Assembly (NCBI RefSeq): GCF_003704095.1
Contig: NW_020846063.1
Span: forward strand, 1,178,001 to 1,242,000
DNA length: 64,000 nucleotides
Reading direction: 5' to 3'
DNA from: Pocillopora damicornis
Taxonomy: Eukaryota
Shown here: piece after piece, positions 60,901 to 64,000 of the stretch
How the letters are laid out: every line of letters starts with the position of its first letter
Numbering within the stretch: position 1 is the stretch's first letter
Notes under the pieces: model-generated
The model's input: only the letters and a program-made list of their open reading frames with translations
Database searches by the model: none
Told to the model about the DNA's origin: nothing
Program-made: the position numbers and the translations under genes

Positions 60901-63900
60901 CAGAGCCTTCAATAATAAAAACATATTTTCTTTCACAGCGCTTCAATCGACAGCCAAGTTGGTGAACCACGAGTTACAAGATGGTGTAAGTGTAATGAAA
61001 CAACTCTTAAAACGTGCTGGCCAAGTTGATGTTTTAGGTTACATGTTGGCCCATAGTTTCGTATAAGTTTGAAAGTTTGTCACCACTCTTCCTTAGTCGC
61101 ATATACTATCCTACCCCACCCTGTTCATCTCGACTAAATTCCCCACGTGTGATGTCAGGTAATGAGCCAAATCAGCCTCAACATGATGAACTCGACTTAG
61201 AGGTCTCTAAGGCTCTCCTCCAAACTCGTCGAAATGTAGTGGGAAAGCGCTGAGTTGCTATCTTGTCTCAACAATTTTCCTCCTGCCATCTCTACCGCAA
61301 CTTTTAAAGAGATACCTCGGTTTAAGGTACAAAACTATACTCAGACCACGTCGCAATACATTTTTGTTCGACACGTGTTTACAGTTTCTCTTACTTTACC
61401 AGCTAAGTATTTACCAGAGGTTCTATACGCTGTGGAATGACTTAAGGGAGGTAAGAATCAATCATACTTGCAAATTTAGTGACATTTTCCCTTTTACAGC
61501 CACAAATCATTTCTTTCTGATTAGTTTGAAACTTGAGAGGGCGAGGGTTAATTTCAATAACTGAAGAATTTAAACNNNNNNNNNNNNNNNNNNNNNNNNN
61601 NNNNNNNNNNNNNNNNNNNNNNNNNNNNNNNNNNNNNNNNNNNNNNNNNNNNNNNNNNNNNNNNNNNNNNNNNNNGTAAGGAGTTGCATACTGCCTGTAG
61701 CCCATTCATTGTCTATCCAAGCTCAAGTATTTTGATTATTATTATCTTGCAGAGACAGCGAGGCTGCCATTAAACCCGAGGTACAGTGACATGGGGAAGT
61801 TCACGAAACACACTTTTATCTAATAATGCACGTCAGTAATAAGATTAATCACTGACCAATCACAACTGACTTACACTCCTTGAATCAGACAGACAGTGAC
61901 ATTACAGCAAAATTGACCAATCAGTTTACTTGGACTGAACTTCTAACACTTAACTGACACCTCTTTACCATAAGACTCTAATGGTGACTTCTTCTCAAGT
62001 TCACAAAACGTCAGTCACTACTACTAAAACAGTTCCTCTCAGGATTATTCTCACCCGGACAGTCATACTATATAATCCAATGGTACTCCTTGGTTGAAAC
62101 CATTTACTGTAAGATCAGTATCCTTTGAAGCCGTCACTTTCTTTACTGACCCACACATATTCTCCATGCCATGAAACAAAATAACAACTGTAAAGGAGTC
62201 CATGAAACTGATGAATAACCAATAAGTTCTGATGGCCAATAGCAATGTTTTCACTAATAGAATACTGGACTGCTGCGACACAAGTTGATCGCTTAATGCT
62301 GCTTTTTTTCTGTACACTATTCAAAGCCCAGTATTTTCTTATGCTTTTCCTTGAACTTCCACCTGAAAGGGAGCTTGCAACAATATGAATCAAAAGGGAA
62401 AAGGAGTGCACAAGAAACTTTTTTCTTTGGCCTATTCACAGCCAATATAATTGTTTTGCGGTTTACTTGGAATTTTTTTTTGTTTCACTGATTAAAATAC
62501 AAAGAGAATGAACCTGTAAAAAAATTCTCTATTATGTGCAAGCACCAAGTTTTCAAACACACAAAATACATAAACTAAGTAAAGAAAGTTTGGTATAAAG
62601 AAGAACACTGACATAATCTCTTGTTTTAGGAATCTTCCTTTTTCACACCAATTACTCCCCAAGTGTCCAGCTATCAGACTGGGGAACGAATGCCAGTGTC
62701 CACAGTACAACTCTCTCAAGGAGGAGAGATGATGATCATTGGAGCCACGCCCAACCCCATCCCTCCTACAGTCTCTAAAACCAAGATGAAGAGGCGAGGA
62801 AAGGTTAAGAACTGGTCAAGACGAGATTTGTTACTCAAACAAAAGGAGATTATGGACAAGGTTTTACGAGTAGATGCCAGAATTGCCGATTTGAGGAACA
62901 TATTTGATGGCATGGAAGAACCTCAGAGGTACTTAATCCTTATGTGCTCCATAAATGGAAAACACATCTACAAAATTGCCTTCAAACAATTTCAGCACAA
63001 GTGGGCCTCAAGAGATTTTACCAAAAAAAAAATTCCCATAAGAGGCTTTTGAAAAAAAATTCAAGTACCTTTTAAATTCCTTAATTCTCCCTCCCTTTAT
63101 TAATGGTTTAGTTTTCAAGTCTCTCTTTTATCAAAATTCTGTCAGTTATTTTCTCCACAGTCAGCCTTAGCTTCTCCTTGTTCTATTTTCTATAACATCT
63201 ATTTAATCAGAGTGTTCTTTATCTTGCTATTCAAGATATTCTGATCTCTCAATCTCAATTATCACTCCTTCATTTCCCTTATTGTTAATATTTATTTCTC
63301 CTCATTTATCAGACATAGAGGAATACCACAAACACTATCACAAAACTTTCCCTTGCAAACACACTCTGTTGCCCTACCCTCTCTAACAAATAGTTTTCCC
63401 CTATCGACACACTCTTTTGCCCAACCCTCCCTACCCCAAGTATTACAGATACAAGGAGCAGTTGGTCAATCTTCAATCAAGGTGGATGTCACAGGGGAGG
63501 CACCAAAAAGGGAAGAACAAAATGAGGCTACAAAGCTACCAGTAAGTTGAAATTTCAAATAGGTAATAATTCTTTTTTTTTTTTTAACAAAGAGGTTGCC
63601 ATGAAATAATAAAGGCTTGGAGAATGGCAATGATAAAATCACAACATTTACCATAATAAGCCAGAGGTGTCACATCTGTACCACAGCAAACAAAATACCC
63701 ACCAGTAACAATATGACTGATCTCTGGTGGGTAAAAAAAAGACACCATATATAACTTTAAAGATCTTTAATTTAAAAACCTTAAAAATTTTCCCGCAGAT
63801 TATGAACAACTCTCTTTGGCAGAGGAGGCAGTCCATAGCAAAGTTTCCTTCACAAACTCTGCGCAAACCTTCAACACAACAACAAACAAAGCTACCTCTA

Positions 63901-63936
63901 TTAAATATTGGTCACTTCCTAAAAGTTGAACTGTGA
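50082..63936 (+). CDS. Uncharacterised coiled-coil/low-complexity protein of about 1,300 aa, about 29 exons
   Basis: Phase-consistent exons 50082-50393, 51020-51064, 52016-52072, 52461-52481, 52689-52724, 52888-52949, 53265-53369, 53938-54014, 54564-54659, 55067-55139, 55693-55723, 55943-56047, 56343-56426, 56936-57049, 57150-57200, 57334-57534, 57655-57702, 57821-57905, 58135-58496, 58573-58752, 59035-59101, 59209-59294, 59619-60468, 60939-60985, [exon inferred in gap], 61753-61780, 62630-62928, 63313-63541, 63799-63936. No family recognised. Confidence 0.75.
50450..50585 (-). repeat. Partial copy of the hammerhead/Penelope-type repeat seen at 34543-34831
   Basis: gaaactgtggcgctgcgtcggtggg ... 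agcgttagcccttcgtcagagcga. The minus strand keeps CTGACGA-AGGGCTAACGCT but has lost GAAA. Confidence 0.55.
51093..51282. mobile_element. Degenerate TTAA MITE copy (9697-type interior)
   Basis: ctttacaccctaacatcagtatccatat ... cttgaacggttaa aligns by eye with 9697-9908. Confidence 0.6.
54730..54896. mobile_element. Palindromic MITE-like element followed by an (ATT)n tract
   Basis: Imperfect inverted arms acaaac..ccattt..gaaagcatgctcgtatagttg and caaatatccgtgcatactttc..aaatgg..gtttgt. Confidence 0.5.
57520..57853 (+). repeat. Tandem duplication, 2 x about 167 bp, spanning exon end, intron and exon start
   Basis: 57520-57687 and 57688-57853 are near-identical (gtatctataacaa..gtctcgtgtagatagcaaacttggtccattgttttttaaggacaataccacctct). 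Confidence 0.92.
59652..60155 (+). repeat. In-frame coding tandem repeat, 2 x 252 bp (84 aa)
   Basis: STEQGRLNKLGNKRRRSSL..EMTGKERESISAE.DST.PEVVSSEQT..KVEE.D.VTGE occurs at 59652 and again at 59904. Confidence 0.93.
61970..62110 (+). repeat. Degenerate interspersed repeat, possibly a Penelope-type terminal/hammerhead relic
   Basis: aaacgtcagtcacta..acagttcctctcaggattattctcacccggac resembles a common cnidarian repeat as I recall it; the ribozyme core is not intact. Confidence 0.3.
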
Positions 63937-64000
63937 TCAGGTCAATCAAAAGCTTTGAACCAAACACAACAGTAATACCAAAGAAAGTCAAAGGATTCAA

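Overview
Eukaryotic, AT-rich, intron-rich animal DNA with GT-AG introns and CpG-depleted gene bodies. The repeat families and gene content suggest a cnidarian, probably a stony coral (inference). Genes assembled by hand, in order: 3' end of PSMC6/Rpt4 (+); a complete 21-exon DLG1/Discs large (+, about 882 aa); a candidate small-exon gene missed by the ORF track (-, about 21.7-25.2 kb); MED4 (-) and TAF9 (+) head-to-head with 90 bp between start codons; three intronless EXD1/Egalitarian-like DEDDy 3'-5' exonuclease paralogs (36.1-41.6 kb); an intronless 843-aa TSNAXIP1-like coiled-coil gene (-) head-to-head with RPL35A (+); and an approximately 29-exon, 1,300-aa unrecognised coiled-coil gene (+, 50.1-63.9 kb). 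Repeats include about 212-bp TTAA/CCC..GGG piggyBac-type MITEs and decayed hammerhead/Penelope-type relics. The best candidate for an undescribed system is the exonuclease cluster. All three copies keep the catalytic DEDDy residues and carry a C4 zinc finger with an Stc1-like signature. They differ in their tails: one has a tail-anchor membrane helix, one an acidic Trp-ending tail, and one is split at a CTT-TGA site that matches a classic +1 frameshift motif. IRF/Ets-IRF-like motifs lie upstream of copy 1. The proposed function (small-RNA silencing or antiviral) is inference only. Assembly gaps: 1579-1588, 43486-43789, 55373-55659, 61576-61675. All exon calls are manual and no database search was run.
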